Positions 42,986 through 53,746 are shown, numbered from the stretch's first letter. The stretch: 64,000 bases of DNA from Nitrospirota bacterium (GCA_963845065.1 CAWJQQ010000001.1:864001-928000), one strand, 5' to 3'. Notes: a model not told the origin generated them from the sequence alone. A program made the numbers and translations.

Positions 42986-43495
42986 ATGATCAGAATCCTC
43001 AAACAAATATTTCATACAGGAATTGTCACTGAGCAGCTTCCCCCTATTACTGACCCGGATATCGAGAAAATCAGCGTACAACTCGAGGAAGTCATCAAAC
43101 GGAGCTTCCGGGGTAGTCTCGCAATTCGCCAAGTGGACGCTGGATCGTGCAATGCTTGTGAGCTCGAGATCCATGCAATCAACAACCCAATTTACAATTG
43201 TGAGCGTTTTGGCATGCATTTTACCGCCTCGCCGCGGTTTGCAGATATGCTGCTGGTCACTGGGCCAGTATCTTATAACATGGAGATCGCGCTTAAGAGG
43301 ACCTACAATGCCACGCCGCAGCCAAAGCTGGTGGTCGCTGTCGGAGATTGCGGGTGCACCGGCGGTATATTTGGTGAGAGCTACGCGTCTTTGGGCGGCA
43401 TTAATAAAATAATCCCCGTTGATGCATATATACGCGGGTGTCCACCCACTCCCACGGCCATTCTTCAAGGCATTCTTAAGACCATCGCAAAGTAA
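42986..43495 (+). CDS. hyfI: NuoB/HyfI-like [4Fe-4S] small subunit
   Basis: DAGSCNACELE, ASPRFADMLLVTGPV, VGDC, GCPP; AAGGAG RBS. Confidence 0.92.
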   Translation: MIRILKQIFHTGIVTEQLPPITDPDIEKISVQLEEVIKRSFRGSLAIRQVDAGSCNACELEIHAINNPIYNCERFGMHFTASPRFADMLLVTGPVSYNMEIALKRTYNATPQPKLVVAVGDCGCTGGIFGESYASLGGINKIIPVDAYIRGCPPTPTAILQGILKTIAK

Positions 43496-43940
43496 CAATT
43501 GCCTGTATTGTTCGTTCCTGCTCGCTGTTCCTCATCTGCTAGAGTTGCGTAACCTGATATATTAGCTTAGCACGAAAAAAAAGGTATTGTGGTAAATGTT
43601 TTTTGCTATTCTGTGAGCTGATGCTGGTAAATTCATAAGTCAAGAGGGGAATTTCAAGTGATCATCATCGATGGTTGACATTATTGTAGAACTGGGATGG
43701 ACCAAGCTGGGAATTCGTATCTTCTCATAACGTACTTAGTGTGAAACAGCATATTGTCGCAATATTTCATGAATTGAAATTGTGATCCAACATGAGGCAG
43801 TGCATTGACAGCGAAATGCTCTCCAAAGACTCATTCTTCAAAGATTTTGATGCGCTATAATTAAATTAAACATTGTGTGATCAAATACTGTCCACTTTGA
43901 TGCTTGGATCCAACCCATCATTATCGAAGGGGAGAAATGC

Positions 43941-44972
43941 ATGGAACCTGAGGCTAAACCTGTCCCGGGAAGGCTCGTCGTTTTTCTCGTCGGACAGACC
44001 GAGAATAATTTCGAAGCCACCGAAGTCGTAGAGATCAAGGCAGTAAAAAGCGCTCCAAGTTATCCCGATGTCATCCCTAAGCAGAAGATCATCAAGCAGG
44101 AAAAACGCTTAGTCGACAACGTCGAGGTCGGTTTCCTAGTCAAGACTTATTTGCCTGACGTGGTCATAGTTGAAGCGATGCTGGACATGGACGACATTCT
44201 CGGTTATACAACTTTAGACATCAAACGGGCGCTCACCAACGAGTGCAGGAAAATTCTGAAAGAGTTTACGTGTGATCAGGAATATGATGAGGAATACAGC
44301 GTCTGCTGTATTTCCGGCTACAGCGGCGATCCGGAAGTGTATTTATCCATACACGGCGAACGGATAGCGGAGTTCCTCAAAAATGAACGTATGCCGCTCG
44401 ATGAAGAGGAAGTACAGGCAACGTTATCTTCGTACCTGAAGTATGGCAAGGACGATCTTACGGTCGTGGACTGGGATGGCGCTGTCATCTTCGATTCCGC
44501 CGGAGACTTCGACAGCAACATTGAACTTTTTGAGATCGCTAATCTGCAGCTCTTGAAATCGCGCATTCTCGACGACGACCTCGACGAGCGCCTGGAAAAG
44601 GCACTCCGGCTCATCGGCGCGACAAAAAAACGCATGACGATTATCCGGTCGGGTGAAATGAGGAAAGTCGTCAGGGAAATAATCGAGACCCGTACCCAGT
44701 CCATTTTGGAGTCGGAAGCGGTAGAGCGAAACATCAAACTTATCGGAGACTGGTATTCGGCTAAACTCTATTCCCTCATCTCTAGAAAATTCCACCTCGA
44801 CAGCTGGAAGGTCAACATCAAGGAAAAGCTCGATACTCTCGAAGACGTTTACACCATGGCCACGGAGAACTTTAGCGTTTCCTACCGCGCTACGCTGGAA
44901 TTCGTCATCCTGGCAGGCTGGTTTGTGTTGCTGCTCCTCTATGTTGCGGAGTTCCTATTCACAAAGAAGTAG
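43941..44972 (+). CDS. Uncharacterised protein with C-terminal helical bundle and TM helix (RMD1/DUF155-like)
   Basis: 343-aa ORF with GGGGAG RBS; VVDWDGA, ELFEIANLQLL, IGDWYSAKLY, C-terminal LEFVILAGW TM. Family call tentative. Confidence 0.6.
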   Translation: MEPEAKPVPGRLVVFLVGQTENNFEATEVVEIKAVKSAPSYPDVIPKQKIIKQEKRLVDNVEVGFLVKTYLPDVVIVEAMLDMDDILGYTTLDIKRALTNECRKILKEFTCDQEYDEEYSVCCISGYSGDPEVYLSIHGERIAEFLKNERMPLDEEEVQATLSSYLKYGKDDLTVVDWDGAVIFDSAGDFDSNIELFEIANLQLLKSRILDDDLDERLEKALRLIGATKKRMTIIRSGEMRKVVREIIETRTQSILESEAVERNIKLIGDWYSAKLYSLISRKFHLDSWKVNIKEKLDTLEDVYTMATENFSVSYRATLEFVILAGWFVLLLLYVAEFLFTKK

Positions 44973-45115
44973 CTACCATCCTCACCGACTCTGCGCTTTA
45001 CATTCGCCGTTCTTTTGTTACTATACCCGCCTCAACTCACTAAAAAAAGATTCCCTTTTGGGACAAAAATTGATTCTCATAAATGCCCCAGGATTGATTT
45101 TTCCGGGGCAGTCCA

Positions 45116-45777
45116 TATCCTGATACCCTCCTTGCGGGTCCGTAGTTTTGACATATCGCCGTGTCTGTTTGGCTTTAAGCCCTTTCTCCCGCATGATCCG
45201 TGATACATTTTTTTTGCGGTTGACACTGATCCCTTCACGGTCAAGTTGGGCGGTCATCCGGCTATAGCCGTATTTTTCATGTTCTTCAGCGATCTGTTCT
45301 ATTCGGTCAGCCAATACTACGTCGGCGTCAGACTTAGCCGGCGCTGATTTCGCACCCCTCGTGATGCTTTGGAGCAGTTCTCGGTCGTCAGCAATGAACT
45401 GACTTTTCTTTCTGGCTTGTGAAAAGGTCCGCCGCAATGCTTTTTTTTTAAACTCGATTTCCAAGAAGGGTTTACCGAGCATCTGCTCCCACTGGCGAAC
45501 GCGTTCTCCCAGGGCGGCTTCTTTGGATGCTTCCTTACCAAATCCGCCTTTTGCATACTTTTTTTTCCAGTGGTACAGAGGACCTGATATCTCGTGTCTG
45601 CGGGACAGTTGGGCCGGAGTGCTGACCCCGCTCAGTAGTTCTTCAATAACTTGACCCTTGAAAACTGGAAGACCGTTGTTTACTTTTACTTATGGCGAGA
45701 TCCTTTCCGCTCCTATCCGGGCTAAAGATCCTGTCTATTACCCAACATAATCTGTCTAATGAGAGGGGTTCACTCCA
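45116..45777 (-). mobile_element. IS3-family remnant (orfA plus truncated orfB, frameshifted)
   Basis: Left end TGGAGTGAACCCC (reverse, from 45777); orfA HTH (AQLSRRHEIS..LYHWKK); orfB start YGYSRMTAQL.REG..VNRK..SRIMRE.GL...KTTD, then truncated. Confidence 0.75.
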
Positions 45778-46449
45778 ATCGAAATCGAGGTACAAAAGTC
45801 TGCGTCATGGTCGGAGTCGCTGCGCCGTTACTTTTTGCAAGTCTTTCGCTATTACGTGGTAATAATATCTTAGGAGAGATATTTCGTTGGCTTTTATCTC
45901 AAAAGATGCTTTTAGACGGATTAAGTGACCACCACTACGCGGTTATAATGAATGGGTGAGCTGCCCTGAGTCGCAAAATGTTAAGCTACTTCTGCAAACA
46001 ACTGCTTAGAGATCGAAATACTAAGTGCGGTCACTGCGAGATAGCGAGTAGTTAAGAATTTAACATGAATAGCGCTTATATCCCCTATTGTCATTGTATC
46101 AGTTTTTAACAGGAGAAACATTAACCGTGCATGCTCAACAACTATCAGTGAGCGTGTCACGTCTTGATTGATTTCATTCAGCAATGCTTTTTACGCTATT
46201 CTTAGTTTTATCTTCATAAATGAAATTTTCCTCTAAAGTTATTCATCGTTCGTGCCGATAAGTAATATGAAGCATGACAGAGGCTATTTTCGCTGGAATA
46301 GGATGATCGCATGAAGCATTCAATATGTCTGATATCGTTGTTATTTTGTTCAAAAAATCAGTAACTTCGATCGAAAGCTAAGCAAAACGATGCTTTAATT
46401 CAATCATCTATTTTTTATCTCTTTAAATGATGCAAATTGGAGGTTGTCC

Positions 46450-47295
46450 ATGTATATTGTGTTCCTCGTTGCAGTGACTGCAGGCCTTATCAGCACCGCA
46501 GCCTACTTTTCGGTGTTCGGCATCGCCAGCATGTTTGCGTACAACTATATACCGGCGATGATCATGGGCATAACGCTCGAGGCGAGCAAAATCGGCCTGG
46601 CCGTCTACCTGTTCCGCTATTGGACGCTCATGTCCCGTTTGTTCAAGACCATCCTCATAGTATTTCTGGTGTCCCTCATGTTTATAACCTCAGTTGGTAT
46701 TTTCGGTTTCTTGAGCCAGGGTTATCAAAAGACATCGGAAGAATTCAACCTTCTGTCTCTGGAACTGAAGAATGTCGAGGACGAATATAAAACCAAAACA
46801 ATCCGTTTGGATGACATTAATTCCCAGATCGCACAACTTCCTTCTCAATCGATAACGAACAAGATCCGCCTGTCCCGGGAGTTCAGCGATGAACAGGCCG
46901 AGATCCGTGACCGGCTGACGGTGATCCAGCCGAAAATCCAAGAGCTGAAGGTCAAACGCCTCGCTTTCGAATCTCACATTGGTCCGATATCCTATGTCGC
47001 CCGCATGCTAAACGAGCCGCAGGATACGGTCGTCTTTTTTGCGATACTGATGCTCGTTTTTGTGGCAGATCCACTAGCCATTACGCTTACAATCGCAAGT
47101 AACATGGTGCTCATTCGTTATTGGGAGCATGCCCGACCGCAAGCTTCCAACCAGGTATTTAAGTCGCCGATGGTGTTCAACAATATCCTGGGCAGAGTAC
47201 GGACCATGGCAAGGGCGTCCTATGAGCAGACTTTCAAGAAGAAACGGGACCGCAAAAAAGCCGCCAACACCAAGACGAGAAGAAAGAAGAAGTAG
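46450..47295 (+). CDS. Membrane protein with central coiled coil (DUF4407-like)
   Basis: Three N-terminal TMs (LEASK, ITSVGIFGFLS), coiled coil, GPISY, TM with DPLAI, basic tail; GGAGG RBS. Confidence 0.7.
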   Translation: MYIVFLVAVTAGLISTAAYFSVFGIASMFAYNYIPAMIMGITLEASKIGLAVYLFRYWTLMSRLFKTILIVFLVSLMFITSVGIFGFLSQGYQKTSEEFNLLSLELKNVEDEYKTKTIRLDDINSQIAQLPSQSITNKIRLSREFSDEQAEIRDRLTVIQPKIQELKVKRLAFESHIGPISYVARMLNEPQDTVVFFAILMLVFVADPLAITLTIASNMVLIRYWEHARPQASNQVFKSPMVFNNILGRVRTMARASYEQTFKKKRDRKKAANTKTRRKKK

Positions 47296-47315
47296 AAAGG
47301 GTAGGCGGAGAATTC

Positions 47316-48020
47316 ATGAGGAAGCTGATTATTGTTCTGCTCATAGCCACGGCCGGATGCGCCACACCACGCGCTCCGGAGCTCGAGAAGTCAGAAATTG
47401 CTCCGGTGCCGCAGATGGTTCGCGTTGCACCGATGCCAGAATCGCCTGCAGTAAAGCCGGCCACATTAGTATTACAACCTGTATCACCTTTGCCAGAATC
47501 TGCTCCCGCGGTTTCCCAGCCGTTTACTGTGAGAAAGGAAGAAACAAAGCATCAGCCTGCTGGAGTCCGGAAACCGGGAGAACATGAACAACCTTCAGTC
47601 GTTGCATCGAAACAGCCGCAAATGACGGTAATAGAAGAGACAAAAAGGCCGACACTGGAACTGCGGGAAAAGCCGATGCTTGGCCATAGACTGCAATCAT
47701 TGACTGCGCTAGCCACAGCGAACGACGATAAACTTCTTAATGTGTTCGTAGGCATGTACTGGAATACTGTGGAGACGATCATGGGCGCGGACCGTAATCC
47801 TTACCGGAAGACGAAGATTACTGGCACCGACGGTGAGACCTACTATATCCTATTCTATCTTACTAGGGAACCTCGCCCTGGGAAGCCAATAACAGAGCGT
47901 ATGCTGTCACCGGTCATTTTCAGAAAAAGCCGCGTCGTGGCAATGGGGAATTATCAGCTCAAAAAGCTGATACTCAACGGAACTCTTGAACATCGGAAAC
48001 CAGCGCTGAGTTTTAAATAA
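47316..48020 (+). CDS. Lipoprotein with Pro-rich linker and DUF3192-like C-terminal domain
   Basis: Lipobox TAGC; C-terminal NPY..YILFYLT...LSPVIF...VVAMG. Confidence 0.7.
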   Translation: MRKLIIVLLIATAGCATPRAPELEKSEIAPVPQMVRVAPMPESPAVKPATLVLQPVSPLPESAPAVSQPFTVRKEETKHQPAGVRKPGEHEQPSVVASKQPQMTVIEETKRPTLELREKPMLGHRLQSLTALATANDDKLLNVFVGMYWNTVETIMGADRNPYRKTKITGTDGETYYILFYLTREPRPGKPITERMLSPVIFRKSRVVAMGNYQLKKLILNGTLEHRKPALSFK

Positions 48021-48361
48021 TAACCGCAAGCAAAAAAAGGTCGGGGACATAGCATATCCAACTTTTTTCTTAACAGTTGTTTCACTCCTTATCAGCACTT
48101 TCGGACAAAACGTCAAAAAACAGGAATACATAAGTGTAAAAAAAGTTTCACTATAGAGGTATTTCGTGCTCTATTAAAAGGCTGAGTTGCGGAGGCATGA
48201 AATATGAAGTCGGCATTTTCAAGGAACCAGGATCCTTTAAAACTTCTAAGATAAATAACATAAATTGTTTTAATTCATTCCAAAGTTATAAAAAACTTCT
48301 GTGTATGCCTGTGCCTCTGTAGTAAAAAAGATTATTTGCTTAAATTCAAATAACCATATCT

Positions 48362-49726
48362 TCACGAGAGGCCGAGCTTTTTCCTGAGTGTTAACCTGTT
48401 AATCCCGAGCAACCGGGCTGCCTCGGACTGGTTCTCCCGGGTATGAGACAATAGATATGTGAGCACATGTCTATCCACTTCGGTGTGAACCTTGTCGTAG
48501 ATGTTCTTCTCTTTGCTGTCCAGCGATTTCTTTACAAACGGTATAAGTACGGATGCAATGGCGTCTGATTCGCCTGCCAGAGGCCTTGCCGTGGAGTGCG
48601 AGCCCAAATCCCTGAGCTCGTGCGTCGTGAGATAGTCCGTTTTGCAAAGGGCGATTGCTGAACGGAGTGTGTTTTCCAATTCGCGTATATTGCCTGGCCA
48701 GTCGTAGGAGATAAGGCGGTCCATGAAGGCTTTGGTCACACCCTTAATCAGCTTCTGTGATGTATGGGCATGGCGGTAGAACAGGCACTGGACCAGCGGC
48801 GCGACGTCCTTTTTGCGTTCACGAAGTGGCGGCACGTGGATCAAAGCGACGCGAAGTCGGTGATAGAGATCTTCCCGGAATTTCCCTTCGCGCACCATGT
48901 CGGCAAGGTTACGGTTCGTCGCAGATATTACGCGTACGTTTACCTGTACCTCTTTTGTGCTACCCACTGGGTAAAATGTCTGGGTCTGAAGGAAGCGGAG
49001 GAGTTTCCCCTGGAGCTGTAATGGAAGCTCGCCGATTTCGTCGAAGAATACGGTGCCTCCGTCAGCTGTTTTAAGCATGCCTTCCTTGGAGGCCACGGCG
49101 CCGGTGAATGCACCGCGTTCATAGCCGAAGAGTTCAGATTCAAGCAAGGTGTCAGGCACGGCAGCGGAATTGATGACCACAAAGGGTTTGCCGAAGCGGG
49201 AAGAAAGCTGCGCAATAGCCTCTGCTACAAGTTCTTTCCCGGTGCCCGTCTCTCCGGTGACGAGAACGGGGACTTCAACCTGTGCGATGCGCGCGATTTT
49301 TTCGCAAAGGCTCATAACAAGCGAGGAACGGCCCACTATGACGCACGTTGCGGCCGGAGCCAGTAGGTCCTTCGATATTATTACCGTGTGTTCCATCTCC
49401 GTAGTGAGACCGTACAGCTCTGCCAAGAGATGTTCGAACCGCTCCTTCTTGAGCGGCCTTCGCATAATCTCATAGGCGCCCCACGTGGCGGCCTCCATGA
49501 CTGGCCCGGTCCGTTCCTGGCCAGTGACGGCAACTACGAACGTCTGTTTGCTGTGGTCCTTGATTACATGGGCGTCGGCCGAATCGAGGTCCACAAGAAC
49601 GAAATATGCGTTTCGGCCAGAAATTCCAACCTTTCGCCCGGTATCTAGCTTGTAACCCTTTGGCAGGATGGCGGAAACCTCTTGTTCTAGAGCTTTGTCT
49701 TTTGTTAGCAGCAGCACCTTTTTCAT
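48362..49726 (-). CDS. Sigma54-dependent Fis-family activator with atypical receiver domain
   Basis: GETGTGKE, ESELFG, GAFTGA, FFDEIGE, WPGNIRELEN, C-terminal NQSEAARLLGINRLTL HTH; GAGG RBS before MKKVLL. Confidence 0.92.
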   Translation of the reverse strand: MKKVLLLTKDKALEQEVSAILPKGYKLDTGRKVGISGRNAYFVLVDLDSADAHVIKDHSKQTFVVAVTGQERTGPVMEAATWGAYEIMRRPLKKERFEHLLAELYGLTTEMEHTVIISKDLLAPAATCVIVGRSSLVMSLCEKIARIAQVEVPVLVTGETGTGKELVAEAIAQLSSRFGKPFVVINSAAVPDTLLESELFGYERGAFTGAVASKEGMLKTADGGTVFFDEIGELPLQLQGKLLRFLQTQTFYPVGSTKEVQVNVRVISATNRNLADMVREGKFREDLYHRLRVALIHVPPLRERKKDVAPLVQCLFYRHAHTSQKLIKGVTKAFMDRLISYDWPGNIRELENTLRSAIALCKTDYLTTHELRDLGSHSTARPLAGESDAIASVLIPFVKKSLDSKEKNIYDKVHTEVDRHVLTYLLSHTRENQSEAARLLGINRLTLRKKLGLS

Positions 49727-50424
49727 CGTCCCCTCGATTGTAAAAATAATATACAATATGTATAATAATAATTCAATTTCTTTTTACATAGACAGACTTT
49801 CTCTTTTATTCGGTTAAAAAAAATCACAGCATCCTCGATGAACAAGGCCGTCAGACTCTCCCGTTGGCTGTTCTTGTCATCCGTACGCAACATCTTACAA
49901 ATTGGTCAACACGTTACCTCTTTTCACGAATCATTGTCGTATAAATCCCAACGTTACAATCTACTTCTATTTAGCCTCAAGAAAATAATGAAACATACCT
50001 AACCCGATTGCAAACAGGTTTTTCCCGCGTGGTTTTCCCACGGAATAATCATGTGAAAGTACTCTGTCCTTATTAGAAAGTCACAGAATCCTGTCTAGTG
50101 ATCCACGCCAAACCACTCTTTTTCGCCACCTTGTCCTTGCCTTACAGCGTCACCATAATTTGGGCATTTTCCCTCAAATCTATCTGTACTTATCTTTGAC
50201 AAGGGGAGGCCTTTCCCCCCCCTATGGGAAATGAGGGGAAATATAAAAAAACCTGCATATTTATTTTGAAAAAGTGGAAAATTGCAATCGCAGGTTGATT
50301 CGAGCCGGAGGTGTTTTCTTAGTCCCGGCAATTGCTTTGTTTGACAGAATGTGATATTAATCAGATATAAGCCCTGACCTGCGTCTCATTCCATCTTTTA
50401 AATCAAGAGGGAGGTATCAATACG

Positions 50425-52047
50425 ATGAAGGCGTCGGACCTGCTTGTTAAATGTCTCGAAAACGAAGGTGTCGAGTATGTCTTCGGCATTCCAGGCGAAG
50501 AAACGCTGGATCTTATGGAATCGCTTAGGACATCTCCTATAAAATTTATCATCACCCGCCATGAACAAGTCGCGGCCTTTATGGCTGATGCTTACGGACG
50601 TCTAACAGGCAAGGCCGGCGTCTGCCTTGCGACGCTTGGACCGGGTGCTACAAATCTTTTGACCGGCGTGGCCGACGCCTATCTCGACGCTTCCCCTGTG
50701 GTAGCGATCACTGGACAGGCGGACCTCAAACGGATCCACAAGGAATCGCACCAGTATATTAATATTGTCGATATGTGTGAGAGCGTGACCAAGTGGAATG
50801 GCAGGATTGAGACGGCTGAAGTAATTCCCGAAATGGTACGGAAGGCCTTCAAGCTCGCCGAAATGGAAAAGCCTGGCCCTACGCACCTGGAGCTGCCCGA
50901 AAACATCGCTGCCCAGAGGGCGCATGAGATGTATGCAGCCATGATCCCACCTATCAGGGCCAGGAGGAGCTCTCCTGACCGTCAGTCTCTGAGGAAAGCG
51001 GCAGACTTGATAGAGTCGGCGAAGTTCCCCATAATCCTGGCGGGCCACGGCATTGTTCGCAAGGCGGCAAACGCCCAGCTCCAGAAGTTCGCCGAACTGC
51101 TGTGCATCCCCGTCGTGACTACTTTTATGGGCAAGGGGGCAATCAGTGCTAAGAGCCCCTCCTGCATCGGAAGCCTCGGACTCTCGAACGACCGTCAGAT
51201 CGAGGACGTCTTCAGCCTTGCCGACCTCATCATCGCCACCGGGTACGGGCTCGTCGAGTACTCTCCGAAAAACTGGAACCCGAAAATTGATAAGCAGATC
51301 ATCCATATTGACTTTACATCGAGTGAGGTTGACCTTCATTATGTGCCCGAGGTCGAGATCGTGTCGGACATCCGGGAGAGCATTGAACTTCTTGAGGGTA
51401 TGCTCAGTACGAACAAAAAAAGCCAGTGTGCCATCGATCTCCATACCAACTTTCGCGAGGAATTCGAACGCATCGGATCGGAACAAAACTGGCCTGTCAG
51501 GCCCCCGCAAGTGTTGTACGGCATCAGGAAAGTGCTTGGGAATTCTGATATCTTGGTCTCGGACGTGGGAACGTGCAAATTCTGGGCGGCAAAATTCTAC
51601 CCCGTCTATGAAAACAATACTTTCATATTGTCTAACGGATTCGCTTCCATGGGGTTTTCCCTCCCAACAGCCATGGTGGCCAAGCTAGTGTATTCTGACC
51701 GCAAGGTGGTCGCTCTTACCGGCGACGGCGGTTTTCTGATGAATCTGCAGGACCTAGAGACTGCGGTCAGGATGAAGCTCAACTTGGCCATCGTCGTTTT
51801 CAACGACAACGGCTACAACCTGATCAAATGGAAATCCATGAAGAAATTCGGCACTTCTTACGGCGTCGATTTCACAAACCCGGATTTTATCAAGGTCGCA
51901 GAGGGATTCGGCGCTGTAGGCTTGAGACTGAAAACGGCTGGAGATTTTGAACCCATGCTCCGTGATGCTTTTACTAGGGAGGTTCCAGTCATTATTGATG
52001 TGCCGATCGATTATTCAGACAATGAACTTATTTATAAACTTCTTTAG
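50425..52047 (+). CDS. Acetolactate synthase large subunit (TPP enzyme)
   Basis: FGIPGEE, RHEQ, TLGPGATN, SMGFSLP, GDGGF...NDN; GGGAGG RBS; no small subunit nearby. Confidence 0.9.
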   Translation: MKASDLLVKCLENEGVEYVFGIPGEETLDLMESLRTSPIKFIITRHEQVAAFMADAYGRLTGKAGVCLATLGPGATNLLTGVADAYLDASPVVAITGQADLKRIHKESHQYINIVDMCESVTKWNGRIETAEVIPEMVRKAFKLAEMEKPGPTHLELPENIAAQRAHEMYAAMIPPIRARRSSPDRQSLRKAADLIESAKFPIILAGHGIVRKAANAQLQKFAELLCIPVVTTFMGKGAISAKSPSCIGSLGLSNDRQIEDVFSLADLIIATGYGLVEYSPKNWNPKIDKQIIHIDFTSSEVDLHYVPEVEIVSDIRESIELLEGMLSTNKKSQCAIDLHTNFREEFERIGSEQNWPVRPPQVLYGIRKVLGNSDILVSDVGTCKFWAAKFYPVYENNTFILSNGFASMGFSLPTAMVAKLVYSDRKVVALTGDGGFLMNLQDLETAVRMKLNLAIVVFNDNGYNLIKWKSMKKFGTSYGVDFTNPDFIKVAEGFGAVGLRLKTAGDFEPMLRDAFTREVPVIIDVPIDYSDNELIYKLL

Positions 52048-52114
52048 ATTCAGACTGGCGCATGTGGAGTTATCATCAAAGATATGACGTGAGAATCCAG
52101 AAGGTGTATAAGCT

Positions 52115-52582
52115 ATGAAATGGGCCGTGCTTTTACTTTTCGGAACTGTCGGCTTGGCCGCGCTTATTGGTGGGACAATGTGGGGACTTGAATCTTATCC
52201 TATTTTCCATGCCAATGATTCAATCCAAGGTACGGTCGTCGACCAGTACCAGAAAAAAAACGAAAAAACTACTGAAGTCGTTTATTTCCCATTGATAGAA
52301 ATTTCTAGTACCGGCGGGGAGAAGGTGCGTTTCCAGAGCAGTATCGGGTCCGCGGGTGCACCCGCGTATGACAATGGAACTATTGTTAGTGTCCTTTATG
52401 ATCCCCACAATCCTGCAAAAGTTATGATTGGCAGTTTTAAACAATTATGGATAGGACCCTTAACAATAGGTGGTGTCGGGTTAGTAATTACACTGCTGAG
52501 CATTGTACTTTTCATGAAAATAAGACGTTTTGAAAAACATCTCCAGTCTATGGGACTTCAGAAAAAAAAGGACTGGGAGTAG
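52115..52582 (+). CDS. DUF3592-like membrane protein
   Basis: TM, GTVV..YFP.I.., V.VLYDP.NP, TM. Confidence 0.75.
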   Translation: MKWAVLLLFGTVGLAALIGGTMWGLESYPIFHANDSIQGTVVDQYQKKNEKTTEVVYFPLIEISSTGGEKVRFQSSIGSAGAPAYDNGTIVSVLYDPHNPAKVMIGSFKQLWIGPLTIGGVGLVITLLSIVLFMKIRRFEKHLQSMGLQKKKDWE

Positions 52583-52803
52583 CTATCGATTCAAAGGACT
52601 GAACAATTTCACCAAGATTTGCTCCTGACCCAGGAGTCTTCGTCTCACGATGGCTTTTTGTAAAGATGTTTCAGACCTCTCTAGTACACCGTCAATTTAG
52701 TTATTGATAGTTCAGCGCCGTCATTCCGGCTAAAAATGCCGGGGTTACAAACAAACTGGGTGAAACACCATCAAGAATTAGTTTGACAGCGTACTAGACT
52801 ATA

Positions 52804-53135
52804 TTAAACGCAACCCATTGCCTGAGAAGACCCGCAAGTCTGCATGCACACTCGGCTGGTCCATTCGAAAAGCTCATAGAGATATTTAGTATTTCCCTTT
52901 TCTGGATCAAACTTCAGTTCAGTTGTCCTTACCAGGATTTTGATTATCAGTGCGTTCTGGGACTGTCTGTAATAGTCACGCATAAATTTCACGACTTCCG
53001 TTTGCTGCTTGATCAGCACGATTCCTTCAATTTCTACGAAATAGTTGGCGACATATCTGCTACAGTCATCTATGTGAGCAGATAACTGTTTTCGTCTACT
53101 TCAAGAATATTTTCATTTATCGAAATCGTTCTCAA
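52804..53135 (-). pseudogene. dsrC: DsrC/TusE-family sulfur carrier pseudogene
   Basis: Across frames: ILEVDENSYL / DDCSRYVANYF..IEGI.L....EVVKFMRDYY...PEKGNTKYLYELF / GPAECACRLAGL / GCV*; ~110 codons; GAGGAAAGG RBS. Confidence 0.8.
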
Positions 53136-53608
53136 GTGACCTTTCCTCATATGGACATTGTTGAACGAGTCCTGAATTCATTCGTGAATGTTTTTTGCGT
53201 ACATCCCCTCCCTATGGTATGACGATTATCATAAGGTCTATAAAATTGTCGCTGCTCAAATTTCAAAATTCATACTCAATATGAAATGTGTTTGCCGTTC
53301 ATAAATATCCGCATCCCATTTCCGACCACTCCACTGCTTTAGACATAGATATATCATTTTTTATTAAGATCAGATGGCGAGGAAACACACAAGCGAACGT
53401 TATATCTGAAGGTTCGGGTTCTTTCACGATAGAATGACAATATGTTCGAAGCTTAACGAACTTGCTTTTTTGAGAGAATTTGCAAATGAAGGAAACTTGA
53501 TAGTCTGAGATATTAATTGTATATATAATAAATATACAAATTGCATAATTATTAAACACCCATGTGGGCTCTCCGGGAATAAACATGCTGAATATGGCTA
53601 CTTTTTTA

Positions 53609-53624
53609 TGGCATTAATGTTGCA
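53609..53624 (+). promoter_or_regulatory. Sigma54 -24/-12 promoter
   Basis: TGGCATTAATGTTGCA (GG-N10-GC) ~120 bp upstream of the sulfite reductase, preceded by an AT-rich tract. Confidence 0.7.
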
Positions 53625-53746
53625 TTTCCGTGTGTAACAATAATGTCGCAGCATGCAAAGACATGAGTGAGTTCATTCCACCCCTTAGACAATTCTTACT
53701 TAATGCCTTTACCATGCTGCGGCGTACTTCTTAAAGAGGTGACAAA

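Noticed and set aside
50602..51510. 302-aa antisense ORF inside acetolactate synthase (also 22400-23119, 56125-56850, 11773-12453, 2802-3425)
   Set aside because: Antisense shadow ORFs expected from the codon bias of real genes; no motifs or RBS.
53280..53500. Possible eroded sigma54-activator C-terminal fragment (NVFAVH...)
   Set aside because: Similarity too faint to support without a profile search.
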